Shown piece by piece: positions 32,886 to 42,924 of a DNA stretch of 64,000 nt (positions are counted from its first letter, which is position 1; the number at the start of each line of letters is the position of its first letter). Source of the DNA: Coraliomargaritaceae bacterium (lineage in GTDB: Bacteria > Verrucomicrobiota > Verrucomicrobiia > Opitutales > Coraliomargaritaceae). The stretch spans positions 96,001 through 160,000 of the forward strand of contig CBFHKU010000003.1 in NCBI GenBank assembly GCA_965656495.1, given 5' to 3'. Both the position numbers and the translations under genes were made by a program. Under the pieces are notes generated by a model. It made no database searches and had not been told where the DNA came from. It saw only the letters and a program-made list of their open reading frames with translations.

Positions 32886-34181
32886 TTATTCCTGGCGCAA
32901 TTCGCGGGGCATTTCGGTGTCTTTAAGGCGTTCAATCTTGGCACCGAGGGCGCTGAGTTTCTGCTCGAAGCGTTCATAGCCTCGGTCGAGGTGGTAAATG
33001 CGTTGAATCCAAGTGTTACCGTTTGCGGCGAGGGCAGCGAGGATCAAGGCGGCGGAGGCGCGGAGGTCTGATGCCATGACGGGTGCCCCTGAAAAAGAGG
33101 AGGGGCCTTTGACGATGGCGCTGGGGCCCTCAATCGCGATATCGGCGCCCATGCGCTGTAATTCCGGCACGTGCATGAAACGGTTGGGGTAGATGCGCTC
33201 GGTCATGATCGAGATGCCGTCGGTGATCGCCATGAGGGCGCAGAACTGGGCTTGCAGGTCGGTGGGAAAACCGGGGTAGGGCAAGGTGATACAATCAACG
33301 GGGCGCAGCTTGCCGTTGTGGGGCAGCACCCGCAGTCCGTCGGCTTCGATTTCAATCGGGACGCCGGCTTCCTCGAGCTTGTCGAGAAAGGCGCCGAGAA
33401 GGTTGGGGGCGATTCCCTTGACGAGGACGTTTCCGTTGGTGATGGCCGCCGCGACGACAAATGTTCCCGCCTCAATGCGGTCAGCGATTACCTCGTGTTC
33501 ACAGCCGTGCAGTTGCTCGACTCCGTGAATGGTGAGTTCGGGGCTGCCGATGCCCTCAATGCGGGCGCCCATTTTAACGAGGAGGTTGCAGAGATCGACA
33601 ATTTCCGGTTCACAGGCCGCGCATTCGATGCGGGTTGTGCCGGGGGCGAGGGTCGCAGCCATCAGAATATTGGCGGTTCCGGTAACAGTGCTGCCGTTGC
33701 GACCGCCGAGAAAAATGGGGCCGCCGCGCATGTTACCCGCTTCGATGTGAACATAGCCGCGATCGACGCGCACCTCGCAGTTGAGCTTCGCCAGGCCTTT
33801 GAGGTGGAGGTCGATGGGGCGCGGGCCGATCACGCAACCCCCGGGAATCGAGACCTCCGCACGGCGCAAGCGGGCGACCAGCGGGCCAATCAGGCATACT
33901 GAAGCCCGCATTTTGCGAACGAGTTCGTAAGGGGCAACATGGGTCAACTGCGTTGCGGTGACTTCCCAGGTGCCGGGTTCGGGATTTTCGATCTTCGCGC
34001 CAACGTGCCTGAGAATTTCAACCATGAAGCGGATGTCGCTCAGGTCGGGCACGCGGGTCAGTCGAACGGTTTCCTTCGTGAGCAGGCAAGCCGCGAGGAG
34101 CGGGAGCGCGGCGTTTTTCGCGCCACCGACTTCAATCGTGCCGCTTAGGGGGCCGTTGCCGTTGACGCGAAAAACATCCAT
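32886..34181 (-). CDS. murA: UDP-N-acetylglucosamine 1-carboxyvinyltransferase
   Basis: GAKNAALP, MRAS, PGGCVIGPRPIDLH, DRIEAGT, PGFPTDLQ, DLRASA and HLDRGYE motifs. Confidence 0.98.
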   Translation of the reverse strand: MDVFRVNGNGPLSGTIEVGGAKNAALPLLAACLLTKETVRLTRVPDLSDIRFMVEILRHVGAKIENPEPGTWEVTATQLTHVAPYELVRKMRASVCLIGPLVARLRRAEVSIPGGCVIGPRPIDLHLKGLAKLNCEVRVDRGYVHIEAGNMRGGPIFLGGRNGSTVTGTANILMAATLAPGTTRIECAACEPEIVDLCNLLVKMGARIEGIGSPELTIHGVEQLHGCEHEVIADRIEAGTFVVAAAITNGNVLVKGIAPNLLGAFLDKLEEAGVPIEIEADGLRVLPHNGKLRPVDCITLPYPGFPTDLQAQFCALMAITDGISIMTERIYPNRFMHVPELQRMGADIAIEGPSAIVKGPSSFSGAPVMASDLRASAALILAALAANGNTWIQRIYHLDRGYERFEQKLSALGAKIERLKDTEMPRELRQE

Positions 34182-34197
34182 CGCTTGTTACCGGAGT

Positions 34198-34833
34198 TTA
34201 GCTCCGGCGTTGAGAGCCTCTGGAATTGCGACCACGTCCGCCGCGACTGCGGCGTCGGTTGCCGTTTTCGCCGCGTGGACCGCGTGGACCGCGCTGGCTT
34301 GAGCCGGAACCCTTGCGTCCACCGCGATGGCGGGCGGGCGGGGTCTTGGGTCCAAGGCCGAAGAGTTTGAGGATCGCAGCGATTAAACCACCGCTCTTGC
34401 GCGGGGTGTTTTTGTTGGATTGTTTGGGCGCATGGGCGGATTTTGCGCTGCGCTCCTGTTGGCGGGCCTGATGGCGGGCATCGCGCTCGGACTTGCGCTG
34501 CAAGAGGCGGGTTTCCACGCGTTTGACGGCGGCAAGGGTTGCCTCGGTCGGTTGGGGATCGGCGCGATTTTCGTCGGTGGCTGGAGTCGCTTCGCGCTGT
34601 TTGGCGCGTGGCGGGCGAGGCTTGCTTGGTTCGGCTTGGGGGGTTGGTTCGCCGCTCAAGCGTTCACCGCGCAGGGCTTCAGCGGGATCGATCTCGCCGA
34701 TTGAACCGCTGGGCGCGGCGGCGTGTTCTTTTTTAAAGCCTCCACTGCGACGGCGGCTGCGGGGCTTGGCATCCGTGCTGGGCGCGTAGTCTTCCGCATT
34801 GTTGGTAGGGTTCGTTTCTTCGAATTCAGGCAT
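34198..34833 (-). CDS. Hypothetical low-complexity Arg/Gly-rich protein
   Basis: 211-aa ORF co-oriented with and 16 nt upstream of murA; one amphipathic helix and an Arg-rich tail. Confidence 0.7.
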   Translation of the reverse strand: MPEFEETNPTNNAEDYAPSTDAKPRSRRRSGGFKKEHAAAPSGSIGEIDPAEALRGERLSGEPTPQAEPSKPRPPRAKQREATPATDENRADPQPTEATLAAVKRVETRLLQRKSERDARHQARQQERSAKSAHAPKQSNKNTPRKSGGLIAAILKLFGLGPKTPPARHRGGRKGSGSSQRGPRGPRGENGNRRRSRGGRGRNSRGSQRRS

Positions 34834-35124
34834 CGTATGTATTGTTATGTATTTATTTCTGGTGTGGCAATCAACGGCGCTCGAACAGTCAAAGCGCGGC
34901 TGAGAGGGGGCGGTAGTACATTTAGCAGTGTGGAGCTTTATGTAGTTGTCCTAAAGTGGACGGTTTAGTGATGATTTGGAGGCCGCCCCGGGCCGAGATC
35001 ATCGAATCAAGGGTTGAAAGTAGAGTGTTGAGGCTTCGAGTGGCAAGCGCATAGTGCGGGTGGGGTGTAAATCTTTCGCCTTCGGGCTTGCGCAGCGCTC
35101 AGGGGTCTTTTACACAGGCTAGTT

Positions 35125-35496
35125 ATGGATAAACTGGAAGAAATTTTTGAGCTGCAGGATGCGTTGAATAAACGGATTGGCGTTAACTTGGACGCCTTGA
35201 GCGATGAGGAAAAAGCGAAGTGGGTATTGCAATATTCGCGTGCGATGCAGCAGGAGCTTGCGGAGCTGATTGATTCCGTGCCTTGGAAATGGTGGGCGAA
35301 ATACCAGGAATTTGACGAGCAAAACGCGAAGGTGGAGGTGGTGGACCTCTTTCATTTTCTTGTTTCTGCGGCTCAGGTGCTCGGCATGACGGCGGAAGAT
35401 GTCTATGAAGCTTACACCAAGAAGAACAAGGTGAATCACAATCGTCAGGACAGCGGTTACGAGAAAAAGGACGAGTCCGATTCACGACATATCTAA
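35125..35496 (+). CDS. Dimeric (all-alpha) dUTPase family protein
   Basis: QELAEL...PWKWW, KVEVVDLFHF and Y.KKN.VNH.RQ..GY motifs. Confidence 0.88.
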   Translation: MDKLEEIFELQDALNKRIGVNLDALSDEEKAKWVLQYSRAMQQELAELIDSVPWKWWAKYQEFDEQNAKVEVVDLFHFLVSAAQVLGMTAEDVYEAYTKKNKVNHNRQDSGYEKKDESDSRHI

Positions 35497-35514
35497 AAGA
35501 AAGGTACGCTAGGC

Positions 35515-36126
35515 ATGGACGCGCTCAATGAGAACCCCCTCATGATTTTGGCCTATGTGGGCATTGCGGCCTACATCCTTCACCTATACCTTGGGGATTT
35601 TCGGTTGGAAAAGAGCGGCGAGCCGAACCCGAAGGCGATGCCCGGCGCGAAGGGGGCCGCCGTCTCGGTTTATTGGCTTGGGGCTTTTGGGGCTTTGGTT
35701 CTGCTCGGGCTTGAGACCGGCGGTGAAATCGCCCTGGGGATCGTGTCTGAACAGAGTGAGATGCTTTGGTATTTTGTTTTTGCCTCGCTGGGTGCGGGGG
35801 TGGTGGAAGAAGTGATTTTCCGCGGCTTTCTTGTGGTGGAGTACAAGGGTCGCGCGGCATTGGTGGCGAGTTGTGTGGGGTTTTCGCTGATTTTCGCAGT
35901 CATTCACGGTCATTTTTGGAGCACGGAGGAGGGTTTTGCATGGACCTTCACGACCAAGGCTTGGTTTACAACGGCCCTGCTCTTTGCGAATTCCCTGTGG
36001 TTTTACGCCCTGCGCTTCGGGCCGTGGAACCCCACGCGTTCGCTTTTCCCCTGTATGTTGGCACACGCCGCCAGCAACCTTGGAGTTTTCGCGGTTAAAC
36101 TCGCCCAGGGTTACGTAATTTTCTAG
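35515..36126 (+). CDS. CPBP (CAAX/Abi) intramembrane metalloprotease
   Basis: EEVIFRG, FAVIH and HAASN motifs; TM helices. Confidence 0.88.
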   Translation: MDALNENPLMILAYVGIAAYILHLYLGDFRLEKSGEPNPKAMPGAKGAAVSVYWLGAFGALVLLGLETGGEIALGIVSEQSEMLWYFVFASLGAGVVEEVIFRGFLVVEYKGRAALVASCVGFSLIFAVIHGHFWSTEEGFAWTFTTKAWFTTALLFANSLWFYALRFGPWNPTRSLFPCMLAHAASNLGVFAVKLAQGYVIF

Positions 36127-38168
36127 GCGAGCAAACCATCGCGGCGCAGGAGCGCCTCCGGTTGGGGATCGCGGCCCATGAAGTCGCGGAAGAGTTGGGC
36201 GGGATCTTCGGCATCGCCGCGGGCGAGGATTTTTTCGCGGAAGTCGCGACCGGTTTGGGCGTTTAGGATGCCTTCGTTCTGGAAACGGGTAAAGGCGTCG
36301 GCGTCGAGGACCTCCGCCCATTTATAGCTGTAATAACCGGCGGCGTAGCCGGTGGGGTCGCTGAAGAGATGGCTGAAATTGAAGGTGTTGGGTTTGGGGG
36401 TGGTCTTGTAGGTGGGCTGGTAGTCGGCGGTCTGGGCTGCGACGAAGGCATCGGGATCCTCGGAGGACTCCGGCCATTCGGTGTGGAGGGCGAGGTCGAG
36501 CTTGCCGAGGGCGAGTTGGCGCATGGCAGCGCTCGCCTTGCGGAAATTTCGGGCGGCCTGCATTTTATTGAAGAGTTCCTCGGGGATGGTTGCGCCGCTC
36601 TCGCAGTGGCGGGCAAAGCGGTCGAGGCTGATCCGTTCCCAGCACCAGTTTTCCATTATTTGTGAGGGGAGCTCAACGAAATCCCATGCCACATTGACCC
36701 CGTTGAGGGATTTGACCGCCACTTCCCCGCAAAGGTGGTGCAAGAGGTGACCAAATTCGTGGAAGATGGTCTCGACTTCGTAATGGGTGAGGCATGCGGG
36801 CTTGCCGTCGATCGCAGGGCTGAGGTTGCCGCAGATGAGGCCCAGGTGGGGACTGCGGGGCTTGCCCGGTTCGCGCTCGCCGGTGATGAGATAATTCATC
36901 CAAGCCCCGCCGCGTTTGGATTCTCTCGGGTGCCAGTCCGCATAGAAGGCGCCGAGCATCTCGCCGGAGTCGGCGTCGAACAATTCATAATATTGAACAT
37001 CGGGGTGCCATGTTTCCGCTTCGCCCGCCTGTACCCGCAGGCCGAAAATTTGCCCCGCTAGATCGAAGAGACCATGGATGACCCGATCGATTGGGAAGTA
37101 GGGGCGCAGGGCTTCTTCGTCGAAGTCATAGCCCGCACGACGTTGTTTTTCCGCCCAGTAGCCGGATTCCCAGGGTTCGAGGGGTTCTATAGCAGTTCCG
37201 GTAGACTCGGCTTTGAAGGCTTGCAGGGCGCGGGTTTCCTCCTGAAATTGCGAACGGATACGTGCGTGCATGTCCTCCGTGAAATGGAGCGCGGTGGCGG
37301 CGTTTTTAACAATTCTCCGTTCGGTGACAAAATCGGCAAAATGTTGCTTGCCAAGGATGCCGGCCAGTTCGTGACGCAGCTTTAAAATCTCCGGGACAAG
37401 GGCTTGGTTGTCGTTTGGCGCCTCGCGACCCACCGCCGAGTAGGCGGTCCAGACGCTTTTGCGGAGGGTTTCATCATCGGCGTAGGTCAATACCGCGATG
37501 AGGGACGGCGCCTGCAGGGTAAAGCGCCAAGCGGTGGGTTGCCCCTTCTGGGTGGCACTTTGCCGGGCGGCCTCGCGTGCGGAATTCGGTAGTCCGGTAA
37601 GTTGTCCCTCATCGGTGACAAATATTTCCCATGCATTGGTGGCATCGAGGCAATTTTCGGAGTATTTTTGGGTGAGTTGGGCAAGCTCTTGTTGGATTTT
37701 GCGGACCGCATCCTTTTGCTCGGCTGGCAAATCGGCGCCCTGTTCGCGGAAATCGGCGAGGGTTTCCTCGACATGCCGCCGTTGGTGGGGGTGGAGGTTC
37801 TGGAGATCGATGCGCTCAGCGGCGGTGCGGAGTCGTTCCCAGATTCCGGTGTTGAGGGGGATATCGGCGAAGAATTGGGAGACTGCGGGCAACATGGCGT
37901 TGTAGGCGGTCCGCAGTTCGGGGCTATTGGCGACGCTGTCGAGGTGACTCACAAGGCCCCAAGCGTGATTGAGCGGCTCGGTGGCGGACTCCAGGGCGGC
38001 GAAGCTCGTTTGGTAGTCCAGCGTTTCATTGGCCTCGAGCGGTTTTGCGAGGGCATCGATCGCGCTTTGCGCAGCCTTCAGGGCGTATTGGATATCGGGC
38101 TCAACCGCCGCAGGGCTGAGGGTGGACCAGGCGATTTTAAAATCCTGTGCGAGGAAGGGATGTTGCAT
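36123..38168 (-). CDS. prlC: Oligopeptidase A (M3 family)
   Basis: KRGGAWM, FHEFGHLLH, WDFVELPSQIMENW and GYAAGYYSYKWAEVLDADAF motifs; ATG at 38168. Confidence 0.93.
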   Translation of the reverse strand: MQHPFLAQDFKIAWSTLSPAAVEPDIQYALKAAQSAIDALAKPLEANETLDYQTSFAALESATEPLNHAWGLVSHLDSVANSPELRTAYNAMLPAVSQFFADIPLNTGIWERLRTAAERIDLQNLHPHQRRHVEETLADFREQGADLPAEQKDAVRKIQQELAQLTQKYSENCLDATNAWEIFVTDEGQLTGLPNSAREAARQSATQKGQPTAWRFTLQAPSLIAVLTYADDETLRKSVWTAYSAVGREAPNDNQALVPEILKLRHELAGILGKQHFADFVTERRIVKNAATALHFTEDMHARIRSQFQEETRALQAFKAESTGTAIEPLEPWESGYWAEKQRRAGYDFDEEALRPYFPIDRVIHGLFDLAGQIFGLRVQAGEAETWHPDVQYYELFDADSGEMLGAFYADWHPRESKRGGAWMNYLITGEREPGKPRSPHLGLICGNLSPAIDGKPACLTHYEVETIFHEFGHLLHHLCGEVAVKSLNGVNVAWDFVELPSQIMENWCWERISLDRFARHCESGATIPEELFNKMQAARNFRKASAAMRQLALGKLDLALHTEWPESSEDPDAFVAAQTADYQPTYKTTPKPNTFNFSHLFSDPTGYAAGYYSYKWAEVLDADAFTRFQNEGILNAQTGRDFREKILARGDAEDPAQLFRDFMGRDPQPEALLRRDGLLA

Positions 38169-38269
38169 GGAGCTTAGGTTCTGATTGCGGGCGGGGAAGT
38201 CAATGCGTTGTGAGCGGTAAAGTTGGAAAAACTTTGCAGCACGCGGCCTTGATCGGTAGATTTGTTTGA

Positions 38270-39250
38270 ATGAAAGAACAATTTGCTTTGCGACATCATG
38301 AATTTGGAAAAGCGGATGCGGTTTTGCGCTTGGAGTCCATACCACAGCCCGAACCCGGGGCGGGAGAAGTGGGGGTTCGCCTGCTTGCGGCGACGATTAA
38401 TCCCTCGGATTATGGTCGGTTGGATGGGCGTTACGGGGTGTTGCCGGACTTGCCGGCGGTGGCGGGCCGCGAAGGGGTTGGGGTGATTGAATCACTGGGA
38501 GCCGGGGTTGAGGGCGTGGAATGCGGTCAACGGGTTCGCTTCACGGATGCCGGGGCTTGGCGGGAGTACTGTTGCCTGCCGGTGGAGTCTTTGCTTCTGG
38601 TGCCGGAAGGCGTGCCCACGGAGCAGGCTGCGATGGCGTTTATCAATCCCCCGACCGCCTATTGTTTGTTGCGGCAGTTTGTGGATTTAAAAGCAGGTGA
38701 TTGGATTGTTCAGAATGCGGGGAATTCGGCGGTGGGCCTGGCGGTGATTCAGATGGCGAAAGCCTTGGGAATACACACGGTGAGTGAGGTGCGTCGGGCG
38801 GAATTGATTGAACCGTTGGAGGCACTGGGTGCAGACCGGGTGGTGCTGGAGGGTTCCGGTTGGGAGCGCTGGGTTCCGGATTTGACAGAGGGCAAGGGGC
38901 TGCGGCTGGCTTTAAATTCAGTGGGTGGGGCGAGTGCGATCGCGCAACTGAAGGCGCTGGGGGATGGCGCCACACAGGTTACGTTTGGAGGGATGACCGG
39001 GGAAGCGGTGCGTTTCCCGACGCGGTATTTGATTTTCAATGACCTGCGCTTGGTCGGTTTCTGGTGGGATGCGTATTGCCGAAAGGCCGAGCGCGACGCG
39101 GTAGAGGCAATCATGGGGGCGGTTTTCGAGATGCAGGCAAAGGGTTCGTTGTGTTTGCCGATTGCGGGCAAGTATTCGTTTTCTGAATACAAGGAGGCGC
39201 TGGCACATAACCAATCGCCGCGCCTTGGGAAAATTCTACTGACTCCTTGA
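38270..39250 (+). CDS. 2-enoyl thioester reductase-like MDR oxidoreductase
   Basis: INPSD...L.GRY, GREGVG, INPPTAY, IVQNAGNSAVG, LALNSVGG and TFGGM motifs. Confidence 0.85.
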   Translation: MKEQFALRHHEFGKADAVLRLESIPQPEPGAGEVGVRLLAATINPSDYGRLDGRYGVLPDLPAVAGREGVGVIESLGAGVEGVECGQRVRFTDAGAWREYCCLPVESLLLVPEGVPTEQAAMAFINPPTAYCLLRQFVDLKAGDWIVQNAGNSAVGLAVIQMAKALGIHTVSEVRRAELIEPLEALGADRVVLEGSGWERWVPDLTEGKGLRLALNSVGGASAIAQLKALGDGATQVTFGGMTGEAVRFPTRYLIFNDLRLVGFWWDAYCRKAERDAVEAIMGAVFEMQAKGSLCLPIAGKYSFSEYKEALAHNQSPRLGKILLTP

Positions 39251-39303
39251 GGAAGATCGGCATTCGGGATTGTGTTTCTGTAGAAGTGAGCGAAAGTAAT
39301 AGT

Positions 39304-40065
39304 ATGATGCGGCTGGTTCAATTGCTTTTATTATCCTTTCTTTTGCTTGGAATGATCTCCTGCAAACCCTCTTCGTTGGAAGTGGTGGGTGAGACCGATG
39401 AGAAGCAATACCAGTTGGCAAAGAGTTATCAGGCACAGGGTCGAATCGACGAGGCTTTAAGCGCGTTTCTGCGGGTGATTGACGTGCGTCGCGATGCCCC
39501 GGAATCGCATTTTGAGGCGGGTTATATCTATCTTGAATCCCTGAAGGATCCCATCAGTGCGATCTATCATTTGAAGCGCTATCTGCAATTGAAGCCCGGT
39601 TCGCCACAGGCGGTGCAGGTGGGGCAGTTGATTGAGACTGCCGAAAAGGAATTCGCGCGGCAACTGCCTGCCGGGCCTTACGAGGCGGAGCTGGATCAGG
39701 TGGATATGTTGGAATTGTTGAAGGGATTGAGGGCAGAAAACGAGCGCCTGAAGCGGGCCCTGATGGCGGCAGAACAGCGCTTGGGTCAGTATGAGGGCAT
39801 GGTGAGCGGGGCGCGACGTGCAACTTCTGCGACGGAGAGTTATGCGGCGCTGACGCCTGATCCGCAGGTTCGGCGGGCTGAAATCGAGCCGGAACCGGCG
39901 GATGTTCCCCGTACGTATAAGGTGCAGTCGGGAGACACCTTGAGTCGAATCAGTCAGCGATTTTACGGGACCCCGAATCGGTATCAGGATATTTATCAGG
40001 CCAATCGCGATCGAATGGCGAGTGAGAATGCCCTGCGGGTCGGGCAAGAGCTCCGCATTCCCTGA
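39304..40065 (+). CDS. Lipoprotein with TPR, coiled-coil and LysM domains
   Basis: Lipobox-like MISC; TPR-like helices; YKVQSGDTLSRIS.RFYG...Y..IYQAN...LRVGQELRIP. Confidence 0.85.
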   Translation: MMRLVQLLLLSFLLLGMISCKPSSLEVVGETDEKQYQLAKSYQAQGRIDEALSAFLRVIDVRRDAPESHFEAGYIYLESLKDPISAIYHLKRYLQLKPGSPQAVQVGQLIETAEKEFARQLPAGPYEAELDQVDMLELLKGLRAENERLKRALMAAEQRLGQYEGMVSGARRATSATESYAALTPDPQVRRAEIEPEPADVPRTYKVQSGDTLSRISQRFYGTPNRYQDIYQANRDRMASENALRVGQELRIP

Positions 40066-40072
40066 GTTTGAG

Positions 40073-41200
40073 ATGAGTTTGGAATTTTTTGACCATAATT
40101 CGACAACTCCGTTGAATGCGGCGGCGGCGCTGGCATGGAAGGAAGCGCAGGGGGCGTCATGGCTGAATCCCTCGAGTCCCTATCGAGCGGCGGCGGCGGT
40201 GCGGGCACGCCTAGAGGCGGCGCGGGAGCGTTTGGCGGTTTTATTGGAGACGAAGTCGGAACGCGTGGTTTTTAATTCAGGGGCAACGGAGGGCAACAAT
40301 CGGGTCTTTGAGCTATGGTCGCGTCAGTTGCCGGCGGGAGCGCGGGTGGGGGTGAGCCCGACGGAGCACCCGAGTGTTTTGGAGGCGGCACGGTATTATT
40401 TTGGGGAACGAATCGATTGGTTGCCCCTTGATGCGGGTGGGGCGGTTGCTGCGGATCAGATCGATTACGGCGGGCTGTCGGCGCTTTCTGCGATGGCCGC
40501 CAATAATGAAACCGGCGTATTGAATCCCTGGTCGCAGATTGCGGCGGACTGTCGCGCGGCGGGGATTCCGTTTCATTGCGATGCCTCTCAATGGTTGGGG
40601 AAATTGCCGGCAAGCGGTTTGGGGACTTGCGATTATTTGACGGTCTGCGCCCACAAGTTTGGAGGCCCGAAGGGTACGGGTTTTCTATTGTTACCGGAGG
40701 GCGGTGCGGCGGCGGGCTTTCAAAGAGGCGGCCCCCAGGAAGGCGGGCACCGGGCGGGCACGGAGGATGTGCCGGGAATACTTGCGATGCTGGCGGCGTT
40801 GGAAGCAGCGCCGGCGGGGGCGGCGGTAGCGCGGGATGCGTTTGAGGCGGGCTTGTTGGCGGCGCTCCCGCAGTGTGAAGTGGTGGGCAAGGCTGCAGCA
40901 CGGCTTTGGAACACGAGTGCGCTGTGTTTGCCGGATTTTGAAAATGTTCGCTGGATTCGGGCGCTGGAAAAACGGGGATTTTTGGTTTCGACCGGATCGG
41001 CCTGCGCGAGTGGAAAAGTGGGTGCCTCGCTGGTGCTGGCGGCGATGGGGTATAGCGTCGATAGGATTCGCCGGGTGGTGCGTATCAGCGCGGGGGCGGA
41101 GACGAAACCGGCGGCCTGGGAGGGCTTGCGGGCGGCGTTTGTTGAAAGTTATGCGGACTTGCGGGAATCGGCGGGGGAGAGTCCGGTGGTCGCCGTTTAG
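40073..41200 (+). CDS. Cysteine desulfurase family protein (IscS/NifS-like)
   Basis: DHNSTTP, NSGATEGNN, ANNETG, HCDASQ, AHKFGGPKG, RAGT and STGSAC motifs. Confidence 0.9.
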   Translation: MSLEFFDHNSTTPLNAAAALAWKEAQGASWLNPSSPYRAAAAVRARLEAARERLAVLLETKSERVVFNSGATEGNNRVFELWSRQLPAGARVGVSPTEHPSVLEAARYYFGERIDWLPLDAGGAVAADQIDYGGLSALSAMAANNETGVLNPWSQIAADCRAAGIPFHCDASQWLGKLPASGLGTCDYLTVCAHKFGGPKGTGFLLLPEGGAAAGFQRGGPQEGGHRAGTEDVPGILAMLAALEAAPAGAAVARDAFEAGLLAALPQCEVVGKAAARLWNTSALCLPDFENVRWIRALEKRGFLVSTGSACASGKVGASLVLAAMGYSVDRIRRVVRISAGAETKPAAWEGLRAAFVESYADLRESAGESPVVAV

Positions 41201-41211
41201 AGATTTGGCAT

Positions 41212-42282
41212 ATGCGGTTTTCAACGGTCAGACTACAGGATTTTCGCAATATTGAATTTGCGGAATTGGATTTATCGGGGGACCGGGTATTTCTGTGCGG
41301 GCCGAACGGGCAGGGGAAGTCGAATCTCTTGGAGGGGCTGGGTCTGGTGACGGCATTGCGTTCATTTCGCACGCAGGATTTGGGGGCCTTGCGGCGCCAG
41401 GAAAGCGCGGGGTATCGGGCCTTTTACGAAATTGAACACGAGGCGCGCGGTCGGGTTGAGTTGGAGGTTCAGGCTTCCGGTGGACCCCGGTCGGTTCTGG
41501 TGGACGGCGAAAAGGTTGGGAAGATGTCGGATTACATCGGGCGTTTTCCGGTGGTGCCTCTGAGTTCGGGTGATTTGATGTTGCTGCGCGGGTCGCCGAG
41601 TGAGCGCCGCCGATTCATGGATTTGACGCTGTCTTCGCTGGACGGGGCTTATTACATGGCGTTGCGTAATTACCACAAAGGAGTGGCGGAGCGAAATCGG
41701 TTGTTGAAGCAGGGTGGTAGTGATGGGGAGTTGGATGCCTTTGAGGCGGAGATGGCGCTGCATGCGCATCGTCTGCAGGTGGAACGTGCGGCAGGGGTTA
41801 AAGCGCTGCAGGGGGTGCTGGAGCGAGTATACCGAGCTATGGCGGATCATGAGGAAGGGCCGGAGTTGAGCTACGCGGCGAATACGGAGCTCGTGGAGGC
41901 GGATCACTACCGTGAAATGTGGGGACGCCAGCGCGAGAGGGACCGCATCATCGGGGCAACCCAAAAGGGGCCTCACCGGGATGATTTCAAATTGGGCTTA
42001 TGCCTGGGTTCGGCGAGGGAATACGGATCGGATGGTCAGCAGCGCGGCTTGATCGTGGCGTTGCGGGTGGCGCAGGCGGAGTTGTTCTTGGAGCGCCTTG
42101 CGGTGATGCCGGTGCTTTTGGTGGACGATGTACTGGGCGAGCTGGATCCGAAACGACGGGCGGGTTTCTGGAAAGCCTGCCCGGGATCCTTTCAGATAAT
42201 CGCTAGCGGGACCGTTTTTCCGGAAGACTCGAAAGCCTGGAAACGCTACTCAGTCGCGGCGGGTCGTTTTGAATTAGGGTAA
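41212..42282 (+). CDS. recF: DNA replication and repair protein RecF
   Basis: DFRN, GPNGQGKSNLLE, GSPSERRRFMD, GPHRDD, SDGQQR and LLVDDVLGELD motifs. Confidence 0.95.
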   Translation: MRFSTVRLQDFRNIEFAELDLSGDRVFLCGPNGQGKSNLLEGLGLVTALRSFRTQDLGALRRQESAGYRAFYEIEHEARGRVELEVQASGGPRSVLVDGEKVGKMSDYIGRFPVVPLSSGDLMLLRGSPSERRRFMDLTLSSLDGAYYMALRNYHKGVAERNRLLKQGGSDGELDAFEAEMALHAHRLQVERAAGVKALQGVLERVYRAMADHEEGPELSYAANTELVEADHYREMWGRQRERDRIIGATQKGPHRDDFKLGLCLGSAREYGSDGQQRGLIVALRVAQAELFLERLAVMPVLLVDDVLGELDPKRRAGFWKACPGSFQIIASGTVFPEDSKAWKRYSVAAGRFELG

Positions 42283-42774
42283 GTTTAATTCCTCCACGAG
42301 GGTGAGTTCGCCGCTGGGGTCGCAGTTGGCACGCAGACCGACAAAACTGTTTTTGAATCGATCGTAGTAAGGCCAAAGGAGGGTGCGGTCGGTTTTGGGG
42401 ATGGGGAGTTCGTCAATCGCGTTGCGGGAGAAGAAAGCGAAGTGGCCTTCGTCGATGGTCGGGGGCAGTGCGTCGATGGCGCGACGGCAATCAAAGAGGA
42501 ACATGAGCCAATGCCCGGTGCCTTCATAGCTTTTCTCGGCGATGTAGCCAAAACAGTGAAGGTCTTCGTCCATCAGTTCCAAGCCCACTTCTTCCTGGGT
42601 CTCGCGTCGGGCGCACTCGTAGGGCGACTCTCCCAGATGCATGTCCAGTTTTCCGCCGATGGGGCTCCAGCAGCCAAAATTGGGAGCTTTGCTGCGTTGA
42701 ATCAGAAGGTGCTCTCCCTTTGGGTTACGAATAAAAACCAGAACGCTGATTTTGAAGGGCAATTGGGCTGTCAT
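42274..42774 (-). CDS. NUDIX hydrolase (MutT-like)
   Basis: GGKLD...GESPYECARRETQEEVGL Nudix box. Confidence 0.88.
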   Translation of the reverse strand: MTAQLPFKISVLVFIRNPKGEHLLIQRSKAPNFGCWSPIGGKLDMHLGESPYECARRETQEEVGLELMDEDLHCFGYIAEKSYEGTGHWLMFLFDCRRAIDALPPTIDEGHFAFFSRNAIDELPIPKTDRTLLWPYYDRFKNSFVGLRANCDPSGELTLVEELNLP

Positions 42775-42924
42775 GGCTCAAAGCTTTCTCATAAAAACTG
42801 CTATGCAAGCGTTTAATGGCTTGCTTTACAAAAGGTAGTCCTTTTATTTTTCCATCTTCTATGGAATAAAGCGTAGATTGTTTACTTTTCTCACCTTTCT
42901 TTAATTAACCAATTTATATCAAAT

